Of a DNA stretch of 64,000 nucleotides, positions 39,072 to 58,666 are shown in pieces (position 1 is the first letter of the stretch; every line of letters begins with the position of its first letter). The translations under genes and the position numbers were made by a program. The stretch comes from Phallusia mammillata (lineage: Eukaryota): NCBI GenBank assembly GCA_965637545.1, contig OZ281498.1, positions 4,650,001 through 4,714,000 of the forward strand, in the 5' to 3' direction. The notes beneath the pieces were generated by a model. The model did no database searches. It saw only the letters and a list, made by a program, of their open reading frames with translations, and was not told the DNA's origin.

Positions 39072-41022
39072 ATGGCGCGCCTTACATTTCTTTCGACCGT
39101 AGCAGTGATTCTTCTCTGCGAAGCATTTCAAGAAAGCAGCGCCCTACCTATGCATCAGACTGCAGGTATATATGACAGCAATTTGGTGGTATAAAAGAGG
39201 TAAAAGTTTTACTGACTTGAAACAAAATTACAAATCCAGGTTCTGCCTCATTTATGGTTTTGATTTGTGCCGCAATTTCGCAATAGTAAATTTATTTTCG
39301 AGCATAAACAGAGAATTAAATTAAACAAACTCCGGATTGAGGTAATGTTCCAATCTTGTACTTTTGGTTTTGGTTTGGCTTTCAACTTTGTGTAAAACCT
39401 GCAACAGAGTTGTAACCAGGGCCTGGGTTGGGCTTTTTGGATTCGTTTGAAAAAAAGGGTTTTACACGAGGCTGGTTTCACACTCGGTATCATATGTACC
39501 GGCATTTTATCGACATTACGGACTTTTTTGTTTTGATATATTTTTGGTTTCAGGCTTGTACTTTTGGATTCGGGACCAGAGTTTTAAGCCGGCCCGAAAT
39601 TCGAGCGCGAACCTGGCCCGAATTTGAAAGTATACGCCCGAAGCCCGACCCCAACCCGAATTGTTTTTGAGAAGCCCATTTAGGCGCGAAAGTTTGTTTG
39701 ACATGCCTAAAATAATTCACATACACAATGGACAATAACACATAATGACCAATGACTGAATCCGGCCCTACTTACAATTCTGGTTCAGGTCGTAAATAAA
39801 GGGGCGCTTACAATTCTGACCTTCCTGGTCACGTCGCCGAAAAATTACAAAAACGCCTGGTTGTTTAACCTTAACACAAAGATGAGGTTTGAAATAACAG
39901 CTGAGTGTTAGAAATATATTCACTTGTTTTAACAGGTCTCAACGAAAGATTGGTGAAACTGTCGCTGTGTAAAGACTTTCGTGTCAGTCAGGAATTATGG
40001 GAAGCCTTTTGTGGAGTGCAAGGAACAGGTAATGTAAGCATAAAATTTAAAACTAAAATACAACGTTGTAATGCTTTATTACAGTGATTCATGAACTTTT
40101 TACAAAAATGACAGCGAAATTTCTTTTTCTCACAAATATTTCGTGTTTAAGGCCTTGGTGACGAAAAGTAGATGTATATAATAAACTAGAACCAGATTCT
40201 AGTCAAAGAGTCTTATCCATCACCATAAATTGCATTTTTTCTCTTACGACTATTTGTTTTTAGCCGGTAAAGTGAACCTTATACCTTATGAATATTAAAA
40301 ACCACCACTTCAGTCGTTCAACTAAAATATCTTTCTACATTAGTTTTTTTCACAGAAACTTTCCAAAATGGAACAAACTTTGAAGTTTAAAATATCCAAA
40401 TTTAACTGGCATCGATTTGGGTATTGATTTTTTGTAACAGCATATAGACCCCAATTAACCTGATTTTTTGTAACAGCATATAGACCCCAATTATATACGT
40501 CTAAGTTTACGTAGTATGCCCCGGCATTTCATATAAAACTAATTGCAAAACATAGCATTCGAACTGTTTGTTTAATCTAATTTTGACAATCCAATAGGTA
40601 AAGATGTGAAGACCTATACCCCTGCTTTTATATGGGATTAAATCCGCAATCTAAATGGTACACACCAGGTCAATGTCAATGACACATATCTCAAAATTTT
40701 GCCAAAAACAAAGAAGAGACTAAATTTTAAAAAGTGTACACAAGCAGCGGTCAGGTACACATACAATCAAGGAATAGTTGCATTCTTTAAGTAAAAAAAA
40801 CTCACAAACAAATAAATCTATGCCTTATCAGGTAAACGCGGTGGAGAAATGGAAGAAGAACTGATCGACAATCTGCTGCCTCAAAACGATCTCGCAGTTT
40901 ACCTAAATGAGGATCGGCAAGATGTCGACAAGGAATTCAACAACTGGTTTAAGATGTTTGTTCGTAAAATGCGAGACAGCCAGCCTACCATAGCTTCAAG
41001 CGCCCCTATGTACATTATCTAA
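39072..41022 (+). CDS. Putative secreted peptide hormone/neuropeptide precursor, 125 aa
   Basis: Exons 39072-39165, 39936-40028 and 40832-41022; both introns are phase 1 GT-AG and the frame is open. The start context is aaacaaaccATGG and AATAAA lies at 41063-41068. Protein: MARLTFLSTVAVILLCEAFQESSA|LPMHQTAGLNERLVKLSLCKDFRVSQELWEAFCGVQGT-GKR-GGEMEEELIDNLLPQNDLAVYLNEDRQDVDKEFNNWFKMFVRKMRDSQPTIASSAPMYII. It has a signal-peptide-like N-terminus, a Cys pair and a Gly-Lys-Arg amidation/cleavage site. Confidence 0.75.
39577..39782. mobile_element. Degenerate CAGAG-type hAT MITE in intron 1 of the peptide gene
   Basis: Ends are CAGAGTTTTAAGCCGGCCCG ... CCGGCCCTACTTACAATTCTG, with GCCCGA/ACCCGA repeats, resembling 51055-51275. 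Confidence 0.5.
40425..40493. repeat. 36-bp tandem duplication (2 copies)
   Basis: tgattttttgtaacagcatatagaccccaatta starts at 40425 and again at 40461. Confidence 0.9.
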
Positions 41023-42848
41023 TATGTAGTGGCTTTCATTTCCAAGCAACTTTTTGTCTGTAAATAAACATCAGTTTCTACATTGAACTTCAGAAAATTT
41101 GTTGTGTATATTTGTGACTATGGTACCTGTTAGGTTTAGAAACATAACTTTAAGCGGTAGGTGTCACTGTCGGGTCGCGGTCAATTCAGTACAGCCTGGC
41201 CAATGAGAATGCCGTGGGCATGAAAAGTTTTCACATGAAAGAGCAGCTACAGCAGACATGCTCATATGTCAACAACTTAAAACACTAATGTTATTTGGTG
41301 ATTGTGCACATGCAAAAACAAGGTTTTGAGAAAAGACACACAAATCTGCTCAATATTCCACAAAGTACCAAGGCCATATAGTTCATTGAAAACCCAAGTT
41401 TCATGGCATTTTGTATTGTGTTTCGAGCGGTGCGGACTGTTTTTAGAGCTATTGTTTTGACGCGCGCTGGTCGCACTGAAATAATTATGGGTTTTCCTTT
41501 CGAACTGTGCCATTAAAAGAAAGCCATGCGCTTCAAAACAACAACAAGTGCAACAATATGGCGAAAAAAACGTCAACAATACATACAACATCCTGGTTCT
41601 AGTTAAAAATAGAAACTCATAAAAATCAACAGAGGTAGACAATGCAAACACCTGCACACCGACAAAGTCAACCTTTGTGTACGTTTACGTTTCGTGTGCC
41701 GACAAAGACTGACAAATACATGACCCCAGCGGTTATCAAAAACTTTTCTTCTTTAATCACACGGCTGGTGTGAAAACGCGTGTGAGACTGATATAGATAA
41801 AGATGCGTTGACTAACTACGTCCCGTCTGTTTCTCTCAAACGCTTCAGATCGTAAAAGCGGCCCGAGGCTGTGCACAGCAGATTGTAACAGTCAAGCACA
41901 ATCAGTTTACAGGTTTCTTTTTAGCAGAAGAAACGCGTTTTGGTTGTGTTTTTTATTATACTGTGCTGTACTGGAGAATATTTTATCAGGGTGAGCCAAA
42001 TACAGGTGTTTCCTCCCTCAATTGTGACGTAACACTTCCCTTTGAAGCGACAGTCATGGCGGGTTAAAAGTAGAACTTGTTTCACATGCAGCTGAGAAAG
42101 GCTTTTGTCAGTGTGACGCAACAAACTGTCGTTGTGACGTAGAATAACAATTGCAGCAGATGAATCAAGTGTGGCTTTTCAGGATGAAAAGAGTTTCAGG
42201 TCAAATCATTTCGCTGTGGTCAGTTTCAAGTTAAACATTTATAAAATGTGACATGTTCCTATTTTCACGCACAGTCAAGTATTTATGTAGATACTGCCAG
42301 GTTCTTGCATAACATAGGCATGCCAGAAAGACACACATCTTGTCAAAAATGTATGGCGATATGTCAGGCACCTTATTTCCGAAGAGCCAATATAAATATA
42401 ATTGATATACTAATCAGTAACCGAATACAGAACTGTCTTATGTGAAAAAAGAGCTGTAAGTATTCGTTTCGCAGTTTAAGCCACATACGATTTATCAATG
42501 CTTTCAGTTGCTAGCAATAGGTTTAGTACAGTGTATAGCTTAGCACAGGATAAGCATGCAGTGGAGGAATTGACATCGTTTGATTTATAAATGGTCAGCA
42601 GTAATCAATACAGCAATAAAAGTCGGGTTGCCAGCATAAACTATGATTAATTTCAGCGCACCGCCACACCACACGTAATATCATCACATTGCGTCATTTC
42701 CCGATAGAGCTATTGTGTTAATGGTCCATTTCTGGTATTTCCAAAACATTATCACACATGTAAGACAGCTCTATGCTTGTATCAATCAGCAGAAATAGAT
42801 ATGTTTTATTGTTAATGATGTAACAAAGGCATTGTTGTGAAAGAAGAA

Positions 42849-50224
<7,376 letters not shown>

Positions 50225-50569
50225 AACAATTTCAGAGCAATTTGTCACTGCAAAGGACCGGCTACAAAATATTCTTGCCTATCCCAAAATGTTCTTATTA
50301 TACAAGGTCTGTCGGAACCCGATTGTTCGTAAAAATGCTTCTCGCACCATTTAACTGTGAAATTCTGTTGTGTCCGCTTTTGTTTTGAACTTTCACCACG
50401 CAGCTTCAGAAAATGAAATGTTTTGCTCTTTCAACTTTATGAACATTTCTTTGGTTTTGTGTGGGTTTGTTGTTTGTATTTGGCAAAGCCACGTTTTGCT
50501 ATTGTCTTTCCATAATACAAGCTTTTGCATTTGCGTCAATGAACTAAAGAAAGCACAGGTTGTATAGAC

Positions 50570-51037
50570 CAGGGCTTCTCAAACTGTGGGTCGCGACCTC
50601 AATTGGGGTCGCGTAATATCATTTTGGGGTCGCGAAACATTACGGGTTATTATGTCAGTCACAATAAATGGTATACGTGCATACATTTATTGATTAAACA
50701 TAATTCCCGTGTATGCAAACTGCTCTAAATACATTTTGTAGAACTTAAAAGAGTATTACCAGCCTATTAGCCATATGCGCCATACTTTTTTATGCCTATT
50801 GTGTGCAAACAATGCGAAAAAGCAGATACCACAAGCGTCACAATATAGATTATGATGTCATAAGAACTGAGGCTGTCAATCTGTGTCAAGTTAGAAATTA
50901 ATTTAGGCTTTTTAGGCGCCATTAGATGGTATATACATAAAATATAAGTATTTCTTTACATCATACCCATCAAGGGGTCGCGTAGAAATTTCTGTTTTAA
51001 AATGGGGTCGCAGAGCAAGAAAGTTTGAGTAGCCCTG
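50570..51037. mobile_element. hAT (Charlie/Buster-like) MITE with GGGGTCGCG subterminal repeats
   Basis: Terminal inverted repeats CAGGGCTTCTCAAACT ... AGTTTGAGTAGCCCTG and a perfect target-site duplication gtatagac (50562-50569 and 51038-51045). Confidence 0.9.
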
Positions 51038-51054
51038 GTATAGACGATCCATAC

Positions 51055-51275
51055 CAGAGTTAGAGGTCGGGCCGGGTTTTTTAACAAACGGGATTAATTC
51101 GATTAATTCGGGCCTGACTTCACATTCTATGTCCGTCCAACAGCCCTTAAACACCCAGTTAAGGCTATTATTGTCTATTATATGTATAGACTGTCGATCA
51201 AACTTTTGGGCCTAAACGGACTTCTTAAAACGGGCCGTGCTTATTCTTTCGGGTTCGGGCCCGCTTACATCTCTG
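51055..51275. mobile_element. CAGAG-type hAT MITE, 17 bp from the preceding element
   Basis: Ends are CAGAGTTAGAGGTCGGGCCGGG ... CGGGCCCGCTTACATCTCTG. The flanks atccatac / acccataa match at 6/8. Confidence 0.6.
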
Positions 51276-53070
51276 ACCCATAAAGCAACAGTTTTCTGGT
51301 GTTAACTGTTTGTCAATATATATAACCTTTAATCTCAATAGTCTAAGCATAATCGACCTGTATTCTAAATTTTATTACATAATCTATGATTTACCTTATA
51401 TTTTGGCATCATCAATTCCTCCAAACGAAAACAGGATATATAGAGTTTAAAATATTGTTGTGATCTAACCTTGTATATCACTTTGCATAAGTTTTTCCAC
51501 ACTACATTAAGTTTTTCAAATAACTTTTTTAAGTCATTCAAGATAAGGATAATTAAAATGGGACAGTTTTACAAAAAAAAATGTTCCACAATAATTATAA
51601 TCCACACTCATGTTTTTTTTTAGTCTGAGTAACCAACAAAAGTAATATTTTACGTTGTATGTGGTGGTTGGTGCGCCACATGTGGTCAATAAAAGCGCCG
51701 TATATAGCATCTCTTAAAAAGCGGATGTTAAACAAGGATGTTAACTATAAGTTCTGAAGGAAATTCACAATACAAAAACAATGTAGGTCCAGAGTTTGAA
51801 ACCACGTTTTCGATATTTCGTTGAAAATACTATAAATTTAAAGTAAGTTAGAAGAACAGTTACCGATAGGATAATAAAGGCGATGAATGGTGTGTCAAGT
51901 TCAACTCAACTGATATATTTGCTTTAAATTCAATGTTTCTTTAACCCACCTATCCAAACTTTAGTGAAGTAAGGTAGGATATCATTCACCTTTCAAGGAT
52001 CTACAAATGCGCTTTTATAACGAGTTTAAGCAATTCTTGACCTATACCATGTGTTTTTAAACAGTTCTCAATAAAATACAGTTCATAAAAAATACTCTGT
52101 ACTGTTTCTTGGTTACATGGATACAGACAAATCTTTCTTTTTAATTTCTTTTCATTGCAAAAGAAAAAGGCAAAATTATAATAAAAACTGTAAAACTGTA
52201 ATATATCGGTTTTATTACACTCTTATACACCGAACGTCTTAAATTTGTGTTAGACGATCTTTTACACTGCGGAGAGCTTAAAGTGCTTTTTTAGACGATG
52301 CTATAGCCAATATCGTTTGTACTGGAAACTCAGCTTCAGTCCAAATGTATGCATACAAAACAACCCTAAACTATTATACACACATAAAACGTAAAACTGT
52401 GTTATTATTTTGGTTGTTTTGGGGCAATAAATATGGTAATAAAAATAAAGCAGGTCTGAGTTTGAACGATTAAGCATTTGTAAACCTTTAAACAATAAAA
52501 CAAAATTCAAAAATCAAAACAAAATACATAAGTTATTTTTCGACAAAAAAGGCACAGGTTGGAATGAGCTTGATTATAAACATCCAGTAGAAAATTGATA
52601 CGCATGCATTTTACCTTAAGTAAGTATATTTGTCAAAGACGACTTTTTTTAACTTTGCACAAAAAAGAGTGAGCAAAGTTTGTACGCGTAAACCACAAAG
52701 ATTTTCGGTGTAAAGTCATGATTTCAGTGTTGCAACTGTACATTATGACACAGACCGGATTCGGCCGTCGGATCAACTCGAAATTACCACTGCCACGAAA
52801 CGCTGTGTTTTTCTGGCTCGATCCGAACGTATCAAAGCAACCCGTAATTAAACGCTGTAGACGCTCGCATGTGATCGTCGTTCTTCTAAAGCCCATTTAA
52901 GACTAGTTGTGGCAAGAGCAGGCCGTGGTTGGATTGCGAGCTTATTTTTGCGGCGGGGCATGACAGATTTTATCAACCATTTTTTGTGTTTTATTGACAG
53001 GAATATATTTAGCTGATGATTGTGAATCTACTGGAGAAACGTTAAACGTCGTGGATATTTAAAACGGAGT

Positions 53071-56000
53071 ATGGCTGCAAGGAGTCCAATCTCTTCTATA
53101 CCAAATCTCTCACCGATGAATCGAAATGTCCAAGACGATCTGGTGGTCACTACTTCAAACTTACATAGCGATAATGTGAAAACAAAACCGTTACCAACGA
53201 ACCCGTTAGCAGCACCAGACACATCAGAAAGACCAAACAACACAAGGAGATTTAGCGAGAATAGGCCCGTACCTTCTGTTAGCGAAAGGCGACTAAGCCG
53301 AGAAAGTGTGGGAAGTACATCGTCTACCCCGCATCAGACCAACATTCCTCAACACGAGTGCCTTTATCCTCATCGGACGGTTAGTCTGCCTGGAACAATT
53401 TCAAGAGAGGGGCTGTCGGGGAAAGGAGCTGATTCCTACAAACCAAGGGAAGAACATATCAACACCCGCAATCGTAGTATAGTTGAGACTACGATACCAG
53501 ATTTCTACACAGCCAACGTCTACCCCCGAGTCAACTTGGATCAAACTGACTGCGACGCCGATGGGTTAAATGGGGAAAGTCCCTCGACATGCACGACAAG
53601 GACCAAAGTGCTGTCGGTTGTTCTTGTTCTAGTCGCACTTCTGGCCTTGTCCACCACTTCGGCGCTAATGTATTTAAGTAAGTGTAAAAACATGTTTAGA
53701 CATGTTTTCCTACGACCAACAAGTTTCATTCGACATAAGTTACTTAATTAAAATTTCCCTCAAGTGTTCGTCAAAAGCGGGCTTCCGGTCCTTGTTTGGC
53801 GATGTGGGAATCTGATTTTACGAAAACTGTATGTTACACCCGATTTAAATCATACAGGCGTAAGATTCTTAAGCCACGACCTGCAGATTGTAGGCTAGAA
53901 AACATGCAATCGTCGCACAACTTGTAATTATAGCACTTGGAGATTTTCTGTTTTGCACCCGAGGCACTGAATATTTGACACATGAGAAATTTTAAATGGG
54001 AATTATCCGTTTGCGTGTAATACTTAGATTGGTGTTACGTGCAACGCAAGGTACTTGGGAAGGACAAAATTATGTTCAAGGTACTTGGGAAGGACAAAAT
54101 TATGTCTGATGTTTAAGAGTGCTTGCTACTTTGGCGAACATATTGTTCACTTGTACCCATTTTTAAGTTAGAACTGCTTTTGTCATAGATTTTCGTTACG
54201 AATGTAAATCACATATTTTCCAAATATCTCCCCGAATTTAAAACATGGTCCACATAATCAATCTCAAACCGAATAGTTGAAATAAATAAAAAGGTGTGTG
54301 CCAATACACCTACAAATTGTTACATCTTTGGTGCAAAGTCGGAGATAAATCTATAAAAGGCAACGAGCATAATTTCTTTTACCTGGCTAGCCACTTTGCC
54401 GCTAGCCACGACACATTCAAGCTGATTGACTTGACGCCAATTGTGTAGACCGCAGAAGTAGTACGATACTTATGCAACGTACTATCATCGTAGACTTTAT
54501 TAGTCAGAGCTATATAGTAAACAGACAATCTTGTATTGTTTTGTCTGAACAGCATTGCAACAAAGTTGTGTACGTGGCAATTGGCTTGGATGTTTGCGGG
54601 TTTAGGACAAAGTGGGCAACACGTTACTGTGTTGTGGTATCATGCGATTACATTATTGCCAGCACATAATAGGTTTATCATCGTGCATTGTTGTCTACAG
54701 AATTGCATCCTTCAGTCACACCTCAAACACCATCAAGTAAACACGGCCATGTTACTGAAAGACTTCTAAATCAAAGTAAGTCCAGCTTCACCAGTTGATT
54801 GACCTTCATAGTTTACAAGCTTACTACTTGTTTGTGTTTTGTAGCGCTGTACTGTGGAGTTTTCCCACTGCAATATGTCCCTGAAACGTCTCACAACATT
54901 GGGGTAAAAACCCAGAGCCCACAGCCACCTACAAACAGTTCGAAAATTTACCTTTCTGGCCAAATGCATCCACAAACAGTAAATGGACCACAAGGTCAAA
55001 GACAGGTACGTAGCCATACAATTTTTTTGCACTTCCACTCGAACCAAACGATCTAACTTAACCCGTTGCTTTCGTTACAGGGAATAGGGTTTGCTAGGTC
55101 GTGGCCAATAAAAGTCAATCCCTCATTAAATGCGCCAAAACGAAAAAGTCCCAGGATCATCGGGGGATCAGATGGCATTATAAGATGGCAGGTAAGCTAG
55201 TGCACTTTATCTTTGGAAGTTGAAATTAAAAAAAAACATTGAAACAGTTTTGCCAAAGATTGATTGAACTATAGATTTAGGAATTTACATTGTAACTTCA
55301 CGTTCATTTATGATTTGTTGTCACAGGTTAGCTTGTGGCTATCGGGTCAAATCACTTGCGGTGGATCGATTGTCCTGAACAACTGGATACTAACGGCCGC
55401 TCACTGTTCATTTCTGTAAGTTAAACAACAAACCTAATGGTTTATTTCTTTAATGATACGAGTAAGTCATAACAAACATCGTATATTTTAGAAACCTTGA
55501 CGTAAAGGTATGGACAGTCTATGCTGGTGCGTCTGATCGCTCCAAACGGAGAGAAGCTCCAGCACAAAACAGAAGCGTGGTTACGATCGTACAACACGAA
55601 AATTATCGCGACGATTACACATTTGACTACGACATCAGCTTGATGAAGGTGAGAAAATCAATCAAGGTTTTAGGCTTGTAATGAAGCCTTCAGAGTTTTA
55701 TTTATTTTTTGTTGTTGTTGTGCAGCTGAACAGGCCGTTTGTATTTAACGAAGAGATTAAACCCATTTGTCTTCCACCGCAAGGATATAACTTCAAAGAC
55801 GACATGCATTGCTTCGTAAGCGGATGGGGTTACATGGATCGTTTCGGTAAGATATTAATTTTGCTACGAAATAATACGACATAGAATCGAAAGAAAATAT
55901 ATGTACACAACAAATTTTGCTTTATGTAAGTTCCAAGAAGGAAAAAATTGCAAGATTTAAAGGTTTTTTTCTGTTTAGTACGGCGTTTGCAAACATAGAT

Positions 56001-57310
56001 CGGAGGTTGGGCGGATTTGAACTAGTGTACAACACATCGTATAACGTTAGATTTTAAAACTTCATGTTCTTTTTCAAACAGTGTAAAATTGAACAGTGAC
56101 CTAAACAATTCTAAATCACCTGGTTTAAACAATGCAAAATGCTCATTTCTCAGCGTTGAAACAAAATTCTGCTCCCCAAAAAATAACAGTTTTTAAGCTG
56201 CAACTAATTGCCATTTAGTTGCGCAAAACTCACTGGGCCACTTTTTCCTTTGCCTTCAGGATATTTTCCGAAGTCGAAAGTTTTGCAATACGCACAAGTC
56301 GACATTATAGACCACAAAATATGCAACAGCAGTGGCTGGATGGGAGGTCACGTGACAAGCCGAATGTTGTGCGCCGGCAAGAAGCAAGGGATTAACGATG
56401 CATGTAAAGTAAGAGCCAAAGACAATTAGGCCTGTTGATTTGTTAGTCGTTAGAAATGCTATGAGTGTACGCTAGTCTAAAATTACAGATAATTGGGAAA
56501 TAAAATTTACCTACAAAACAACTAACTTAGTTTTAATGCTAGTTCGCTAAATGTTAATTGGTATACACCTATAGTTCATTGAAAGGTAATTATTTGACCC
56601 CATGGTTAATACCAGGGTGAGGTCTTTACGTTATCACACAAAAATGTTTTCGTTCAGGGCGATTCCGGGGGTCCGCTATCGTGTTACTGGCGCGAGCGGG
56701 GTGTATGGATGCTTGCGGGCAGTGTCAGTTGGGGTTATTCGTGTGGGAAAGCAACCAAGCCAGGAGTCTACACTCGAATTAGTTACTTCACGGATTGGAT
56801 CTGGAAAAACATCGGTAAGGACATCAGTTGTTTTTCAGAAGCAATTACCTTGCTGCTTTGGACAGTATTCTCTTGAAAACTAGTAATTACCCGACTGTCA
56901 AACCGCGTAACAACGCCCAGGAATAATTTGCTTGAGCGACTTTACTCTAATTGCCGGTTTTTGGGCGTGAGCATCGACTAGAACCAAACTTCGTGACCCA
57001 GCCAAGCCGCAACACCGTCAAATCAAAATGTACGCCATGGGATTAAGGTTCAGCGGCGACCGCTTTCGCATATTTGATCGGCTCACGACAGAATAAAACG
57101 TTTTGTTCTCCGCGCTAAGAAGAAAATTAGCGTCTCGTTCAGGTGGCGGTCTGTAAAACCCGGATTGGCTTCCGCACGACATTTTTAATTCTTTCGAGAT
57201 GTACGCCCATATTCTGTTTGCTGAAGCAAAAATAGAAAAAATTCATGGTCATCAAAATATTTACGCACACTTTTTTTCCAGGAAAAGTGGAAGGAAAAAA
57301 TTTGACGTAA
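53071..57310 (+). CDS. Type II transmembrane trypsin-like serine protease, paralogue 2
   Basis: Exons 53071-53677, 54701-54775, 54845-55005, 55081-55191, 55327-55415, 55492-55648, 55726-55846, 56260-56408, 56658-56814 and 57282-57310; an extra stem exon may be missed. It has the transmembrane segment [23 protein letters not shown], the activation site R-IIGG, and [23 protein letters not shown]. Intron positions are the same as in paralogue 1, including the tiny last exon (GKVEGKNLT vs GKAEGWIPQT). Confidence 0.92.
54047..54105. repeat. 30-bp tandem duplication (2 copies)
   Basis: caaggtacttgggaaggacaaaattatgt starts at 54047 and again at 54077. Confidence 0.9.
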
Positions 57311-57609
57311 ATGCAAGAAGAATTCCGGTTGGTCGAAAATCTGCCATTATTTGTATTGTTGTTTTTTTTATTTCGTTTTTTTTTTGTTCAACTGTGACAT
57401 GCATTTATTTATTTATGAAATACACTTATCGTGTTCTGTTGTTGAAGACTACAAAACATAACTGCAGGTGCTTTTTAGGGCAATTTTAGATGTTGCAAAA
57501 TACTTTAGTTGCGTTAATGTGAATTTTCGAACTAACGCGTTTGGGTCTTGCAATTTTGAAAGTACAATAAAAGTGCAATAATCGGAAAAATAGTCAACAA
57601 ATTTCTGGG

Positions 57610-57746
57610 TAGAGCTACTAACACAGGAACTCACACCAAAAGTTTGCTGACTTAGCCATTATTGTCATTGCAAACGCTATGGTTCGTTGCGCCACCTTAT
57701 GGACATTCCCAAACCTCTAGTGTGAGTTCCTGTCTTAGTAGCTCTA
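57610..57746. repeat. 137-bp element with 27-bp terminal inverted repeats (probable miniature MITE)
   Basis: tagagctactaacacaggaactcacac (57610-57636) matches the reverse complement of 57720-57746 at 26/27. Both ends are TA. Confidence 0.75.
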
Positions 57747-58138
57747 ACGAATTCCTGCACATATGATTTCTATTGTGAAAGCATGATTGAGTTTTGAATC
57801 ACCAAAAATCAAAAAACGTGTGTAAAAATTAAGTTCTTTACATTTTTATAGCAGAAGATAAGAAATCCCTTTCAACCAAAAAAATACCTTAAATATAATG
57901 AATATACCTTAAATATTATGATAATGAAATCCCTATTAAAATATACTACATACGCTTTTGCAGTCACTAGTTATGCTGATGAAACAAATCAGTTAAAATA
58001 GCAACAACAACAAAAATGAATACACTGTTGCTGCCAGGCATAACGTATTAACAGAATATGGGACATCGAAACGTTGGCATATTACAATAAAAAACTGCCG
58101 GAAGAGCTAAAAATTCTGTTAACAAAAATGAAGTTTGT

Positions 58139-58665
58139 CTAAGACTGGTCAATTTGTACCAGAATATCAATCAGGTACAATGTCACTCGTCCAAAAAAGT
58201 CAGTCAACTCTTCAAAGGATATTTTAAGTTCACTGATGCCATGAGGGCTACAAACCAAATTTTCATCCACATTAAAACTCAGTGCAAATGTTTGTTCTTT
58301 GTTTACATCTTCAGGGTAACAGTTTGCAATACCAACTTTAGTTCCATTTTCATTCACAGCTGTTATTTCACAATGCCTGCTGCAAAAACCACCTTGAAAC
58401 TGCAGATGCAGGCTTAGGTTTTTAAGAACATGGATTTCCAGTGGATCATCAAACAGCAATTTGATCCATTGTACTTTTCCCTACATTTTGACAAATTGAT
58501 AAAAGCTTGCTATATATTTCTGTGAAAGCTTACCTTGTCTGAATTCCAACATGTGTCTGGATTACCATCATATAAAAACTTCCTTCCATATTGTTTTGTG
58601 TCACGATTAAGAACAGAACTTACTCGAATGCCATCACATGTTTTAACAAGAGACTTGGTTTCCAT
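58139..58665 (-). CDS. NR2C2AP: Nuclear receptor 2C2-associated protein (TRA16), 157 aa
   Basis: Exons 58665-58534 and 58480-58139 (53-nt phase 0 intron). The motifs RVSSVLNRDTKQYGRKFLYD, TCWNSD, LQFQGGF, YPEDVN and FEELTDFFGRVTLY match recalled human NR2C2AP. Confidence 0.92.
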
Positions 58666-58666
58666 T

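Noticed and set aside
39936-40028. Insulin/relaxin B-chain interpretation of the Cys peptide
   Set aside because: The spacing is C-X13-C rather than C-X11-C, and the last exon has no cysteines to form an A chain.
56815-56883. Read-through hydrophobic C-terminus (GPI-like) for protease 2, and the similar read-through to 49500 for protease 1
   Set aside because: Both paralogues have a donor at the same position and homologous tiny terminal exons (GKAEG.../GKVEG...), so splicing is the better model.
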